From sequence record ON528730: a stretch of DNA of 64,000 nucleotides; one strand, 5' to 3'. This document shows positions 42,085 through 50,315 of the stretch, piece by piece. Position numbers and translations under genes: made by a program. The number at the start of each line of letters is the position of its first letter. Position 1 is the stretch's first letter. Source of the DNA: Shigella phage ESh20. The notes under the pieces are model-generated. The model was not told where the DNA came from. It saw only the letters and a list, made by a program, of their open reading frames with translations, and made no database searches.

Positions 42085-43550
42085 TATTTGTTTGCCTTAT
42101 TAGCTGTACTTGGGTCTCTAGCTGAAGGAGTATTAGCAGTCCCTTCTCCAGCAGTTTTATAACCATCACCAGAACGACTTTGAGTGTTTGGAGATAGTTT
42201 CTCAGATACTGGTTTAGACTCATCAGCAGGTTCAAGGTCAAGATATTCTCTAAGCTTGTCAGACAATGGCTTGTCAACTTCCAGAGCACCAACTGCAACT
42301 GTTTTCTGAATGAATGATGCAATAGCTTCAAGGTCTGGTGTCTCAATATCATCATACACAATTTCTACGTGTTCTTCATCATCCCACATATTTAGTGCAT
42401 AAGTCTGAGCAACCAAATCACGGTTAATTACATTCTTCACTTGCTTCAGAAGAATATCAACTGACATTGCCAGTAAGCTTGTCTTAGAATCTGCCAGAGA
42501 GAATGAGCCATACTTTGACTGTCCCATAGCAAGAACATCAGACATAAACGCCATCATAATCTGCTTAGAGTATCTATCAATGATAGAACCTGTATCATAA
42601 GCTTTAGCACCCTGTCGAGAAACTAATGAGAACTCAAAGATATCTTCTTTAGTTTCTGGGTCGATAAATCTAGGCCAAATTAAACCTGCTCTGTCATTAG
42701 CAATTAAATCATTTACTACTTCTTGGCAGTATTTAACAAAAGCTTTCTTTTCAGGTTCTGCATCTTCACCTAAGTAATCAGGTGGAAGACCAATCTTTGG
42801 CATACCTACTAAGTCTCTGGAAACACCAACTGCTTCAAACTCTTCAATTTGAACTTTGTATTTCCAAGGAACATAAGCATTAAGCAATGGTGAACGTCCC
42901 TCTGGGTTTCCGTATTCATCATCATACTTGAACAATAAGAATTTACTTCTAGGAAGCTTTCTTGTCAATGGCTGTTCACCAAGATTAATTGCTCCTGCAA
43001 TATGGGAAACATTACGCAGGTTCTGTCTAACACCAATAACTTTTCTATAGTCAGAGTCAAAGTACCATTTGTCTAATGTAGTCTGATTACGGATTGGTAA
43101 TTTAGCCCAACCAATTAAACCATCATTATATTTTGAAGGGTACTTACCTTTCTTACCTTGACGTTTCTTATAAACTTTCTCGTTTACACAGAAACCGTAA
43201 GTACAGAATGACATTACAGAGTTAATAAAGTCAGCCCAATCGTGCTCCATGTCATTCATTAGTGAGTTAAAGAAATTAGCCCTTTCAATCATTTTGGCAT
43301 CTTTCTCTTTTCCCTTCGGTGGTACGAATCTCCAGTTAACCTTTCTGACAAACATCTTAATAATATTTACAGAGGCTGCTACTGAAGGGTCTCTCATCAT
43401 AAGTTGGAAAGTCTTAATACTTTCTGGGAATCTTAAAGCCTGTCTAGGTTCTTCATAGATTCTTCCTGAGCGAACTTTAAGGCCAAGACTCCCAACCTCA
43501 CCCATTCTGAATGGAGGAAGGCTTTCTTGTGTTTCTGTGATATCTGCCAT
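42084..43550 (-). CDS. Portal protein
   Basis: 488 aa immediately downstream of large terminase. Confidence 0.6.
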   Translation of the reverse strand: MADITETQESLPPFRMGEVGSLGLKVRSGRIYEEPRQALRFPESIKTFQLMMRDPSVAASVNIIKMFVRKVNWRFVPPKGKEKDAKMIERANFFNSLMNDMEHDWADFINSVMSFCTYGFCVNEKVYKKRQGKKGKYPSKYNDGLIGWAKLPIRNQTTLDKWYFDSDYRKVIGVRQNLRNVSHIAGAINLGEQPLTRKLPRSKFLLFKYDDEYGNPEGRSPLLNAYVPWKYKVQIEEFEAVGVSRDLVGMPKIGLPPDYLGEDAEPEKKAFVKYCQEVVNDLIANDRAGLIWPRFIDPETKEDIFEFSLVSRQGAKAYDTGSIIDRYSKQIMMAFMSDVLAMGQSKYGSFSLADSKTSLLAMSVDILLKQVKNVINRDLVAQTYALNMWDDEEHVEIVYDDIETPDLEAIASFIQKTVAVGALEVDKPLSDKLREYLDLEPADESKPVSEKLSPNTQSRSGDGYKTAGEGTANTPSARDPSTANKANK

Positions 43551-43562
43551 TCTTTCTACCTA

Positions 43563-45179
43563 TTAGCGTCTTAGCCCCTGATATGGATTACTCTTCATAA
43601 TATCTGTATGAGCACCCATTGAAGGTGGCTTGAATAGTTTAACTTCGTTTAGACTGTTGAAAGCATCACTGGTAGCATCCACTTGGTCATCCTTAGTACG
43701 ACCATCACCACAAAAACCTTCTAGTTCTTGGAAATATGCTTCATTCCAAGAGCCTCTAACAATTTTGACAAGTCCTGCCTCAGAAGCAGCAGAGAAACCC
43801 GCAAAACGGGTGACTTTATCTTTATTTGTTGGTTTAGCTCTTGCTCGGAAACCTTTCTCAGCAAGTTTTCTAATAAGGGAGGTTGCGTAGGATTTACCAG
43901 CAGCGCCGGGGTCTTGAGGGATAAAAATACCTGTGCGCTTACCATCACCTTCAGCAGTTTGGTTAATTTGTGTTTCAACTCCAGAAGGTCTATCTCTAAA
44001 TCTTACTACGTTAATCACATAATAGCAACCATCTTTTTTAGATTTACCCATTTTAACACCTGCTGTCCAGTCAGGGTTAGGGTTAACCTCAGAAGGTAAT
44101 GTTGCTGCTAAGTCCCATGCTCTTACGTCAAATACGTCTGCTGGAACACTATCAACAATTTCACACCATTGCCTTTGCCAGTAGTTTGAACCTTCAGCAC
44201 GAGCTTTCCAGTTACCAAAACGTAAACGTGCAACGTTAACTGGTGTGTTGTTTTCTAATTTACCACGATACTTAGGTTCAAGGAAATCTAGAATAGGGTT
44301 GTCATCAATTGTACCGGAAATAAAGGTATATGTTTGAGGAATCTCAAGAGGGAACATTTCAAGAATTTTATCTCTATCCCAATCAGAAACCATGACACCA
44401 TCATTCATAACATACCAACGAATCCTACCGCACTTCTCTGGGTCTGGATATCCAGCATCATCTAGGAAAGGTTCTACCCAATCATAAATAAAGTGGTCTC
44501 TATCTGGGTTCATTGAGATTTTCATATATGAGTCACCTTCAGCACCAGAACGTAAACGTGTCTGAAGATATGAAATCTGTGAAGCCGAGAAGTGTGTACC
44601 TTCGTCGAAATAAATAGCTGAGTATTCGATACCTTGGTGACCTTCTGAGTGTTTCTCAAGTTCCAAATAAGTAAACTTGATAGTTGCTCCAGAAGGGAAA
44701 GTGATAGTCATTTTCTGTTCATGTGGAACTCCACCAAACTTACCAAATAACTTCTTAGCCGCAGGCCATAGACCACCTTGTAACTGTGTTGTATTTCGAC
44801 GGAAATAAACAGCATTATAGTTTGGGTCTTCAATGAACCTTAGTGAGTCCATTAATAGGGCAGCAGTCTTACCAGCACCAGCAGCACCACCATATAGTAC
44901 CAAGTCAGCATTAGTGTTCAAGAATACCTCTTGAGAGCCAGGCTGTGGAGCTACATAGTTCTTGTCAGTCATCAATTTAAAGATGAGTCTTACTTGGTCT
45001 GGGGTGTATCTTAATAAAGTCAGAATTTGAGTTGGAAGGAATTTAGAGGGGTCTTTACCAAAGGATTTGATAATATCTTTTACTTCTTCAGAAAGCCCCA
45101 ACTCACCTGCTAGGACTTTCCTTACATCTTCCACTCGCTTCTGCTTAATAACATTTAAGTCCATTAAGCACCTCTGCAA
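43563..45179 (-). CDS. Terminase large subunit
   Basis: Walker A LYGGAAGAGKT near N-terminus; size 538 aa; adjacent to portal. Confidence 0.85.
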   Translation of the reverse strand: MQRCLMDLNVIKQKRVEDVRKVLAGELGLSEEVKDIIKSFGKDPSKFLPTQILTLLRYTPDQVRLIFKLMTDKNYVAPQPGSQEVFLNTNADLVLYGGAAGAGKTAALLMDSLRFIEDPNYNAVYFRRNTTQLQGGLWPAAKKLFGKFGGVPHEQKMTITFPSGATIKFTYLELEKHSEGHQGIEYSAIYFDEGTHFSASQISYLQTRLRSGAEGDSYMKISMNPDRDHFIYDWVEPFLDDAGYPDPEKCGRIRWYVMNDGVMVSDWDRDKILEMFPLEIPQTYTFISGTIDDNPILDFLEPKYRGKLENNTPVNVARLRFGNWKARAEGSNYWQRQWCEIVDSVPADVFDVRAWDLAATLPSEVNPNPDWTAGVKMGKSKKDGCYYVINVVRFRDRPSGVETQINQTAEGDGKRTGIFIPQDPGAAGKSYATSLIRKLAEKGFRARAKPTNKDKVTRFAGFSAASEAGLVKIVRGSWNEAYFQELEGFCGDGRTKDDQVDATSDAFNSLNEVKLFKPPSMGAHTDIMKSNPYQGLRR

Positions 45180-45185
45180 ATAGAA

Positions 45186-45392
45186 TTATTCAGAAACTTC
45201 TTCAGATTCCTGTTTAGGTTCTACACCAAACTTTTCATCTACTAAATTAAGAAGTTTATCCATCGTTGCTTCTTGTGGGTTAATACCAGTTGCAACAATT
45301 AAACGTTCAGCCACAGCCATTACAGTTGCCTGAAGCATCTGAGCCTGTTTCTGAGTTTCATATAGTTCTTTGTAAACATTAGTCTCGTTCAT
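45186..45392 (-). CDS. Hypothetical protein (68 aa)
   Basis: ORF track. Confidence 0.4.
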   Translation of the reverse strand: MNETNVYKELYETQKQAQMLQATVMAVAERLIVATGINPQEATMDKLLNLVDEKFGVEPKQESEEVSE

Positions 45393-45430
45393 TGTATTTC
45401 TCCAAAATTAAAGTTATAGTGATTCTCCTG

Positions 45431-45454
45431 AAAAAAGACGGTGCAGAGACCGTC
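45431..45454 (-). terminator. Rho-independent terminator (minus strand) closing the tRNA array
   Basis: Minus strand GACGGT-ctctgc-ACCGTC followed by TTTTTT. Confidence 0.55.
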
Positions 45455-45611
45455 AAGGAGAAACCACAATGTATGCCAGAGACATACTGTATAGGTCTTC
45501 CCATAAAGTATAACTCTATAAAAAAGCCCTGTCTAAAAATACTCTCCGGTAGCGAAAGGGAGAATACTCATAGCAGGGCATAATAACTTTGAGAGAGATA
45601 TTAATATAAAT

Positions 45612-45687
45612 TGGAGTATCGGAAGGGACTCGAACCCTCATAAACCTGTTTTGCAGACAGGCACATAACCATTTCTGACACCGACAC
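45612..45687 (-). tRNA. tRNA-Cys (anticodon GCA)
   Basis: Acceptor GTGTCGG/CCGATAC, discriminator U, anticodon loop CUGCAAA, T-arm GAGGG-TTCGAGT-CCCTT, CCA encoded. Confidence 0.7.
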
Positions 45688-45693
45688 ATAATT

Positions 45694-45786
45694 TGGAGGA
45701 AGATACCAGACTTGAACTGGTACGCCGATTTCTCGGTTACTGGCAGTTTAGCAAACTGCTCCCTTACCTTTTAGGGTTAATCTTCC
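45694..45786 (-). tRNA. tRNA-Ser (anticodon GCT), type II
   Basis: 7-bp acceptor, T-arm ACCAG-TTCAAGT-CTGGT, long variable arm, anticodon loop TTGCTAA, 3-bp D stem. Confidence 0.65.
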
Positions 45787-45787
45787 A

Positions 45788-46522
45788 TTATTTGTTCAGA
45801 GCTTCTTTCATCTCTGGAGTTGCGATAGTATCAATCACACCAGTTTTACATGAATCATCAAACCAGCTTGGTAGAACATTCGCAAGGAAACCATTAATAT
45901 TTGTTTTCAGGTATTCTGCAATCAGTGCTGCTTCATCTGCAATCATCTGAGTTACTTCATTAGCATATGCAGTAATCTTTGCAATACCCTCATTAATCGC
46001 TGTAACGGCCTGTGTAGCGAGTTCAGAGATTGTATCTAGTCCTTGGTCGATTGCATCTTGCAAATCGCTTAGAACGCTATTTACAGCGTCTATGGAGGTA
46101 TTAATCAAATCCATCGCTTTATTACCGTACTCGGTAGCTACGCCCATGATACCGCTAAACGGTGTACATCCAACCTGTTCACCTGCTGCCCCCATAACGT
46201 TAGAGTAACCTTTAGCCACTTGCATACGTTGTGAAAACTCATCTACAGACTTTTGTCCATACTCAGTAAGTGTACTTGTCGTTGAAGTTGTACTTCCAAG
46301 GCTTGTTGTGAAGCTTCCTAATAAGGCTGTTGTCAGTCCAGCAGCAACTAAAATCTGTTGTGTAGCTGGGTCTGTTACAGAACTAATTGAGTTAACTAAT
46401 GATTGAGAGGCAGCTATAGTACCACCAAGAACTGCTGCACCAGTAATAAGAGGGTTTGAGAAACCATTACCAGTTTTAAGGAGATTAAAAATCTCTTTAC
46501 TTTGTTCTGTCATCTCTTTCAT
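45788..46522 (-). CDS. Hypothetical protein embedded in tRNA array (about 244 aa)
   Basis: ORF track frame; start moved to ATG 46522 to avoid overlap with tRNA at 46539. Confidence 0.45.
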   Translation of the reverse strand: MKEMTEQSKEIFNLLKTGNGFSNPLITGAAVLGGTIAASQSLVNSISSVTDPATQQILVAAGLTTALLGSFTTSLGSTTSTTSTLTEYGQKSVDEFSQRMQVAKGYSNVMGAAGEQVGCTPFSGIMGVATEYGNKAMDLINTSIDAVNSVLSDLQDAIDQGLDTISELATQAVTAINEGIAKITAYANEVTQMIADEAALIAEYLKTNINGFLANVLPSWFDDSCKTGVIDTIATPEMKEALNK

Positions 46523-46538
46523 TATGCACCTATAAAGT

Positions 46539-46614
46539 TGGTAGCCCATCGGGATTTGAACCCTGTTCTCATGTTTTTCAGACACGCGCTTTAACCATAT
46601 AAGCTAATTGAGCT
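46539..46614 (-). tRNA. tRNA-like gene, tentative tRNA-Phe (anticodon GAA), imperfect T-stem
   Basis: Anticodon arm CGTGT-CTGAAAA-ACATG, T-loop TTCAAAT with only 3 clean stem pairs, acceptor pairing 6/7. Confidence 0.4.
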
Positions 46615-46621
46615 ATTAAAT

Positions 46622-46698
46622 TGGGGTGACCTACGGGAATCGAACCCGTATAGACCATGTTCACAGCATGGGTCATTATCCATTTATGATAAGGCCAC
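46622..46698 (-). tRNA. tRNA-His (anticodon GTG)
   Basis: Acceptor GTGGCCT/AGGTCAC, discriminator C, T-arm ACGGG-TTCGATT-CCCGT, anticodon loop CTGTGAA. Confidence 0.7.
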
Positions 46699-46729
46699 AT
46701 TTAAGGACTCTCGTAAGAACCCTTAGAAG

Positions 46730-46805
46730 TGGCAGCAGTATAAGGATTTGAACCTTAATCTTTCAGCTTCAGAGGCTGGAGCATTGCCAGTTATGCTATA
46801 CTGCT
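46730..46805 (-). tRNA. tRNA-Gln (anticodon CTG)
   Basis: Perfect 7-bp acceptor, T-arm TAAGG-TTCAAAT-CCTTA, anticodon loop CTCTGAA. Confidence 0.6.
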
Positions 46806-46811
46806 AATATT

Positions 46812-46890
46812 TGGTACTCCATATCGGATTCGAACCGATACATAACACAGATTTTAAATCTGGCCTCTCTGCCAATTGGAGTAATGGAGC
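46812..46890 (-). tRNA. tRNA with Leu-type anticodon TAA (tentative), short variable region
   Basis: T-arm ATCGG-TTCGAAT-CCGAT, anticodon loop TTTAAAA, Leu-like D-loop containing CCAATTGG. Confidence 0.45.
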
Positions 46891-46892
46891 AT

Positions 46893-46968
46893 TGGCGGGG
46901 GATGATGGAATTGAACCATCTTCTTCGATTTCAAAGACCGAGGTTTTAACCTTGTAAACTAATCCCCT
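46893..46968 (-). tRNA. tRNA-Gln (anticodon TTG)
   Basis: T-arm GATGG-TTCAATT-CCATC, anticodon arm TCGGT-CTTTGAA-ATCGA, A1:C72 mismatch at acceptor end. Confidence 0.55.
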
Positions 46969-47194
46969 AACGAACTCTTGAAAGAATATATGCGTTATTG
47001 CAAGTATCCTTATTTTCAGGTAGTGATGTTTCGAAGATAACTTGCTTAAGTTCTAATCCAGCAAAGTTATAAACAATCTTTCTAACTTCTAACGGGTCAC
47101 ATTGCCAACCAACCGCTATAAAGAAAGTATCTCCAAATCTACCTGTTTCAATCTTGTGGTCATCTTTATGTTTTTCAACTATGAGTTTATACAT
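46967..47194 (-). CDS. Hypothetical protein within tRNA array (75 aa)
   Basis: ORF track; fills gap between two tRNAs. Confidence 0.35.
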   Translation of the reverse strand: MYKLIVEKHKDDHKIETGRFGDTFFIAVGWQCDPLEVRKIVYNFAGLELKQVIFETSLPENKDTCNNAYILSRVR

Positions 47195-47212
47195 AATGTT
47201 ACCTATTAAATT

Positions 47213-47289
47213 TGGTGCAGAATAGAGGATTCGAACCTCTAACTAACAACTTCGTAGGTTGCTGCTCTATCCATTTGAACTAATTCTGC
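47213..47289 (-). tRNA. tRNA-Arg (anticodon ACG)
   Basis: Perfect acceptor GCAGAAT, T-arm AGAGG-TTCGAAT-CCTCT, anticodon loop CTACGAA. Confidence 0.7.
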
Positions 47290-47467
47290 AATATCCTTTT
47301 GAGATTCCTGTCTAGCTCTCTTCTTATCTCTTCTGAGAAAGCGTTTACGATGGTCTGTACGCCATTTGTAATAATCTTCTTCACCATCATGTGCTGCACA
47401 GCAGCCACAACTTGCAATTTCAACTTTACCATGTCTACCATAAGGCTTCATAGGAATCTCCTAAAAT

Positions 47468-47545
47468 TGGTGTTCCAAGACGGATTCGAACCGTCACTAA
47501 TACAAGGTTTGAGCTTGCATCCTCTGCCAATTGGGATACTGGAAC
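47468..47545 (-). tRNA. tRNA with Leu-type anticodon CAA (tentative), short variable region
   Basis: T-arm GACGG-TTCGAAT-CCGTC, anticodon arm GCAAG-CTCAAAC-CTTGT, D-loop with CCAATTGG. Confidence 0.45.
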
Positions 47546-47546
47546 T

Positions 47547-47621
47547 TGGTACTCGCTGAAGGACTTGAACCTTCTTCACCAACTTGTAAGGATGGAGCTT
47601 TACCATATAAACTAAGCGAGC
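47547..47621 (-). tRNA. tRNA-Val (anticodon TAC)
   Basis: T-arm GAAGG-TTCAAGT-CCTTC, anticodon loop CTTACAA. Confidence 0.55.
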
Positions 47622-47716
47622 TTTGAAGAGGTCTGAAGCTGTGCCGCTAACTCAACTCCGTGGAATTTGTTACGGTCTTCAGTTGACTCAAGCGGTCTTT
47701 CACTTGACCTCAAAAT

Positions 47717-47792
47717 TGGTGCTCCCACAAGGATTCGAACCCTGATAAGTTGCTTACAAGGCAACCGTAATAGCCAATTATACGATAAGAGC
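47717..47792 (-). tRNA. tRNA-Thr (anticodon TGT)
   Basis: T-loop TTCGAAT, anticodon arm GTTGC-CTTGTAA-GCAAC, acceptor with two G:U pairs. Confidence 0.55.
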
Positions 47793-47798
47793 ATTATT

Positions 47799-47873
47799 TG
47801 GAGCATCCAGAGGGAATCGAACCCTCAACCTCAGTTTGGAAGACTGTAATTTTCCCGTTTAAACTATGGATGC
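47799..47873 (-). tRNA. tRNA-Gly (anticodon TCC)
   Basis: Perfect acceptor GCATCCA, T-arm GAGGG-TTCGATT-CCCTC, anticodon loop CTTCCAA. Confidence 0.7.
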
Positions 47874-47879
47874 ACTAAT

Positions 47880-47955
47880 TGGTGGAGAAGCAGGGAATTG
47901 AACCCTGTACTTAAGTTTGCAAAACTTATGTTTTAACCATGTAAACTACATCCCC
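47880..47955 (-). tRNA. tRNA-Ala (anticodon TGC)
   Basis: T-arm CAGGG-TTCAATT-CCCTG, anticodon loop TTTGCAA, G3:U70 wobble pair characteristic of tRNA-Ala. Confidence 0.7.
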
Positions 47956-47961
47956 ATTGTT

Positions 47962-48037
47962 TGGTACAGGTGGAGGGAATTGAACCCATCATCTTACTGA
48001 TTAAGAGTCAGCCGCATAACCATTTTGCTACACCTGC
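47962..48037 (-). tRNA. tRNA-Lys (anticodon CTT), T-stem with only 3 clean pairs
   Basis: Acceptor GCAGGTG/CACCTGT, anticodon arm CTGA-CTCTTAA-TCAG, T-loop TTCAATT. Confidence 0.5.
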
Positions 48038-48043
48038 ATTAAT

Positions 48044-48120
48044 TTGGTACACCTAGAGAGATTCGAACTCACACTGAGCAGATTCTAAGTCTGCTGCCTC
48101 TTCCAATTGGGCTATAGGTG
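48044..48120 (-). tRNA. tRNA with Leu-type anticodon TAG (tentative), short variable region
   Basis: Anticodon arm GCAGA-CTTAGAA-TCTGC, 3-bp D stem with loop CAATTGGAAGA. Confidence 0.45.
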
Positions 48121-48376
48121 CATTAAATCTTTGTAGAGAACTGCTAAGACGCCAAAGCAACAATGGTATCAAATGCCTTAACAATTCTCTAAAAAGACCT
48201 ATTGGCCTTTGCATAGTCTTGCTTAATCCGGTGACTAGAACCTTTGGAGAGCTTGATACTATCTCTTCTCCGTGACACCTACTAGGTGCTTTACCAGTGC
48301 CGTGTACGCCAATACACGAAGAGGAAACCTGAAACACTTGCTCGAACAAATAGTCTCAGCTTTAAATCTTATTAGG

Positions 48377-48464
48377 CGGTAGATAAAGGAGTCGAACCCT
48401 CACCGTATCTCTACAATGGCAATAGTTTTCAAGACTATTTGGCTTCCATTAGCCGCTACCTACC
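48377..48464 (-). tRNA. tRNA-Ser (anticodon TGA), type II, CCA not encoded
   Basis: T-loop TTCGACT, long variable region, anticodon arm ATAGT-CTTGAAA-ACTAT, acceptor GGTAGGT/ATCTACC. Confidence 0.5.
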
Positions 48465-48477
48465 CCTAATAAGACTT

Positions 48478-48560
48478 TGGCATGGGACGGAGGATTCGAA
48501 CCCCTTTGAGTAAGTTTTGGAGGCTTACGCACATGCCTTAGTGTCTTAACATCGTCCCAT
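48478..48560 (-). tRNA. tRNA-Trp (anticodon CCA), enlarged D region
   Basis: Perfect 7-bp acceptor ATGGGAC/GTCCCAT, T-loop TTCGAAT, anticodon loop CTCCAAA, about 8 extra nt in D region. Confidence 0.5.
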
Positions 48561-48724
48561 ACTATATTTCGAAGCTTACCCTGTTATCTCAACACTGTCA
48601 AGCTTCTTCTCAGATTATTTACATGTTCTGGAAAACATGAGATACAGACCACCTCCTTATGAGATTGACTCTTTCAAGTCAATGCGGAGACCCATAAAGG
48701 TCGTCATAGTAATCTGCTAACTAA

Positions 48725-48843
48725 TTGGCAGTCAAGGTAGGAGTCGAACCTACTTACTATTAAAGGGAGCTACCCTTCAGCAACTATCCGACTTTCGTTT
48801 ATCTCTTAACGCGTATCCAAGATAACTTACTCGTGTTGTCTTG
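48725..48843 (-). ncRNA. tRNA-like element with about 40-nt internal insertion (not a canonical tRNA)
   Basis: CCA-rc and 7-bp acceptor AGTCAAG paired with CTTGACC 119 nt apart; canonical T-arm GTAGG-TTCGACT-CCTAC; no canonical anticodon arm identified. Confidence 0.4.
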
Positions 48844-48854
48844 ACCATTAAAAT

Positions 48855-48931
48855 TGGCACACCCTACAGGATTCGAACCTGTAACTGACGGTTTAGAAGA
48901 CCGTTGCTCTATCCGTTTGAACTAAGGGTGC
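48855..48931 (-). tRNA. tRNA-Arg (anticodon TCT)
   Basis: T-arm ACAGG-TTCGAAT-CCTGT, anticodon arm ACGGT-CTTCTAA-ACCGT. Confidence 0.7.
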
Positions 48932-49178
48932 ATTATCTTTAAAGGCTCTCTTAGAAAACCCTTAAAGATGCCCACTTTATTAATCATACCGTGGGCTAGT
49001 ACGCCAAATTCTTTAACAGGGAGTTGGAATACCCTGCTGGTGTTTAGCCTATTAAGCTACTGCCAGAAAAACATTATCGTTTGCATTTATTTTTAAGTTT
49101 TTAAAATAGACGCTACGCTAACGAAAACTAAGGTTATCTTAAAGTGGTCACATCTGAATGTCAACAACTTTATGAAAT

Positions 49179-49254
49179 TTGGTACTGGTAGGTGGAATCG
49201 AACCACCGATATTCCCTTATCAGGGGAGTGTTATAACCTTCTTAACTATACCAG
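49179..49254 (-). tRNA. tRNA-Ile (anticodon GAT)
   Basis: T-arm GGTGG-TTCGATT-CCACC, anticodon loop CTGATAA. Confidence 0.65.
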
Positions 49255-49256
49255 CA

Positions 49257-49333
49257 TTGGAGGTTCAGGTGGGAATCAAACCCACATTCATAGGGCTTAT
49301 GAAACCCTTGCATTACCTTATCTGCGACTGAAC
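49257..49333 (-). tRNA. tRNA-Met (anticodon CAT), elongator-type (G1:C72 paired)
   Basis: Perfect acceptor GGTTCAG, T-arm GTGGG-TTTGATT-CCCAC, anticodon loop TTCATAA. Confidence 0.6.
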
Positions 49334-49415
49334 CATTATAAGTTGCCCCTTTGTAGAGAACTGATTGAGTGGGTGTTTCCAGCCGCGCATGTGTTCTTCA
49401 GTTAAGGGGCGAATT

Positions 49416-49491
49416 TGGTAGAAGTGGAGGGATTCGAACCCGTCGCCTGTCAGATTAAAAGTCTGCCGCATCACCATTCTGCTACACTTCC
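49416..49491 (-). tRNA. tRNA-Lys (anticodon TTT), same T-stem pattern as Lys(CTT)
   Basis: Anticodon arm CAGA-CTTTTAA-TCTG, T-loop TTCGAAT with 3 G:C pairs. Confidence 0.5.
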
Positions 49492-49914
49492 ATTAAATCA
49501 TCTTTGCAGTAACCTACGCAAACCTTGCTAAAGGGTTTGTAGAGTCATCTCTTATAAGCTAATCTAGAATCATGCTCAAGAGACTCTTCGGCACTCATGG
49601 GACGACTGGTTAGCTCCATAAGTCACTGCAAAGAGGATTACCAGACCGTATTTATCTTAAGTGCTTCCATTACACCAACACGCCGTAACGTGTGAAGGAA
49701 TCGAACCTTCGCCTTTTCTTTATAAGAGAAATAGATTGTTTATTGTTTGCTGTAAACGGTCTTCTGTAAAATTGTTGGAACCAGACCAAGTTTTAAATTT
49801 TTCAAATTAAATTGGCTTGAAATATTAAAATTGCTTGCTGTATTTGGTCTTCTGCTCCTTTAAAGAATACTCGTAAGAACTCTTTAAGGGAGGGGCTAAA
49901 AAGCCCTCTCAAAT

Positions 49915-49991
49915 TTGGCGGTTACGAAGGGATTCGAACCCTCATCATCCTCCGTGACAGGGAGGTATTTTGACCAGTTAAACTACATAAC
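49915..49991 (-). tRNA. tRNA-Asp (anticodon GTC)
   Basis: T-loop TTCGAAT, anticodon arm CCTCC-CTGTCAC-GGAGG. Confidence 0.7.
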
Positions 49992-49997
49992 CTTTAT

Positions 49998-50085
49998 TTG
50001 GTGCGCCGTGAAGGAGTCGAACCTCCCGAGTCATAATGACAAGTGATTTACAGTCACCACCGCTTCCATCTACGGGATAACGACG
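49998..50085 (-). tRNA. tRNA-Tyr (anticodon GTA), type II
   Basis: T-loop TTCGACT, long variable arm hairpin, anticodon loop CTGTAAA, 3-bp D stem. Confidence 0.6.
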
Positions 50086-50154
50086 CATTTTATTCTATTC
50101 AGGCTAAGGACTTGCACCTTACAAATCGGTGAGCAATCGCTTCTCTCCCAAATC

Positions 50155-50231
50155 TTGGCGGTTAGTCAGGGATTCGAACCCTGTACCATTCGGTTAACAG
50201 CCGACCGCACATGCCTTATGTGCTTCCTAAC
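50155..50231 (-). tRNA. tRNA-Asn (anticodon GTT)
   Basis: T-arm CAGGG-TTCGAAT-CCCTG, anticodon arm TCGG-CTGTTAA-CCGA. Confidence 0.65.
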
Positions 50232-50315
50232 CATGTTAGTATTACCAGACCGTATCTTTTCATTTTTTGCCTATAAAAAATTTTAAGTGTTTGCTGTAAA
50301 CGGCCTTCTGTAAAT

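Noticed and set aside
45392-45583. 63-aa plus-strand ORF upstream of the tRNA array
   Set aside because: Overlaps the minus-strand terminator hairpin and a structured non-coding interval; plus-strand transcription is not expected here and there is no RBS.
47239-47451. 70-aa Cys/basic-rich minus-strand ORF between tRNAs
   Set aside because: Its last about 50 nt overlap the tRNA-Arg(ACG) gene on the same strand; could be a real small protein with a different end, but not supportable as annotated.
49693-49720. T-arm-like hairpin GAAGG-AATCGAA-CCTTC considered as part of a tRNA
   Set aside because: No acceptor stem partner or anticodon arm within tRNA distance; on the plus strand the hairpin is followed by a T-rich tract, so it is more likely a terminator-like hairpin or a tRNA remnant.
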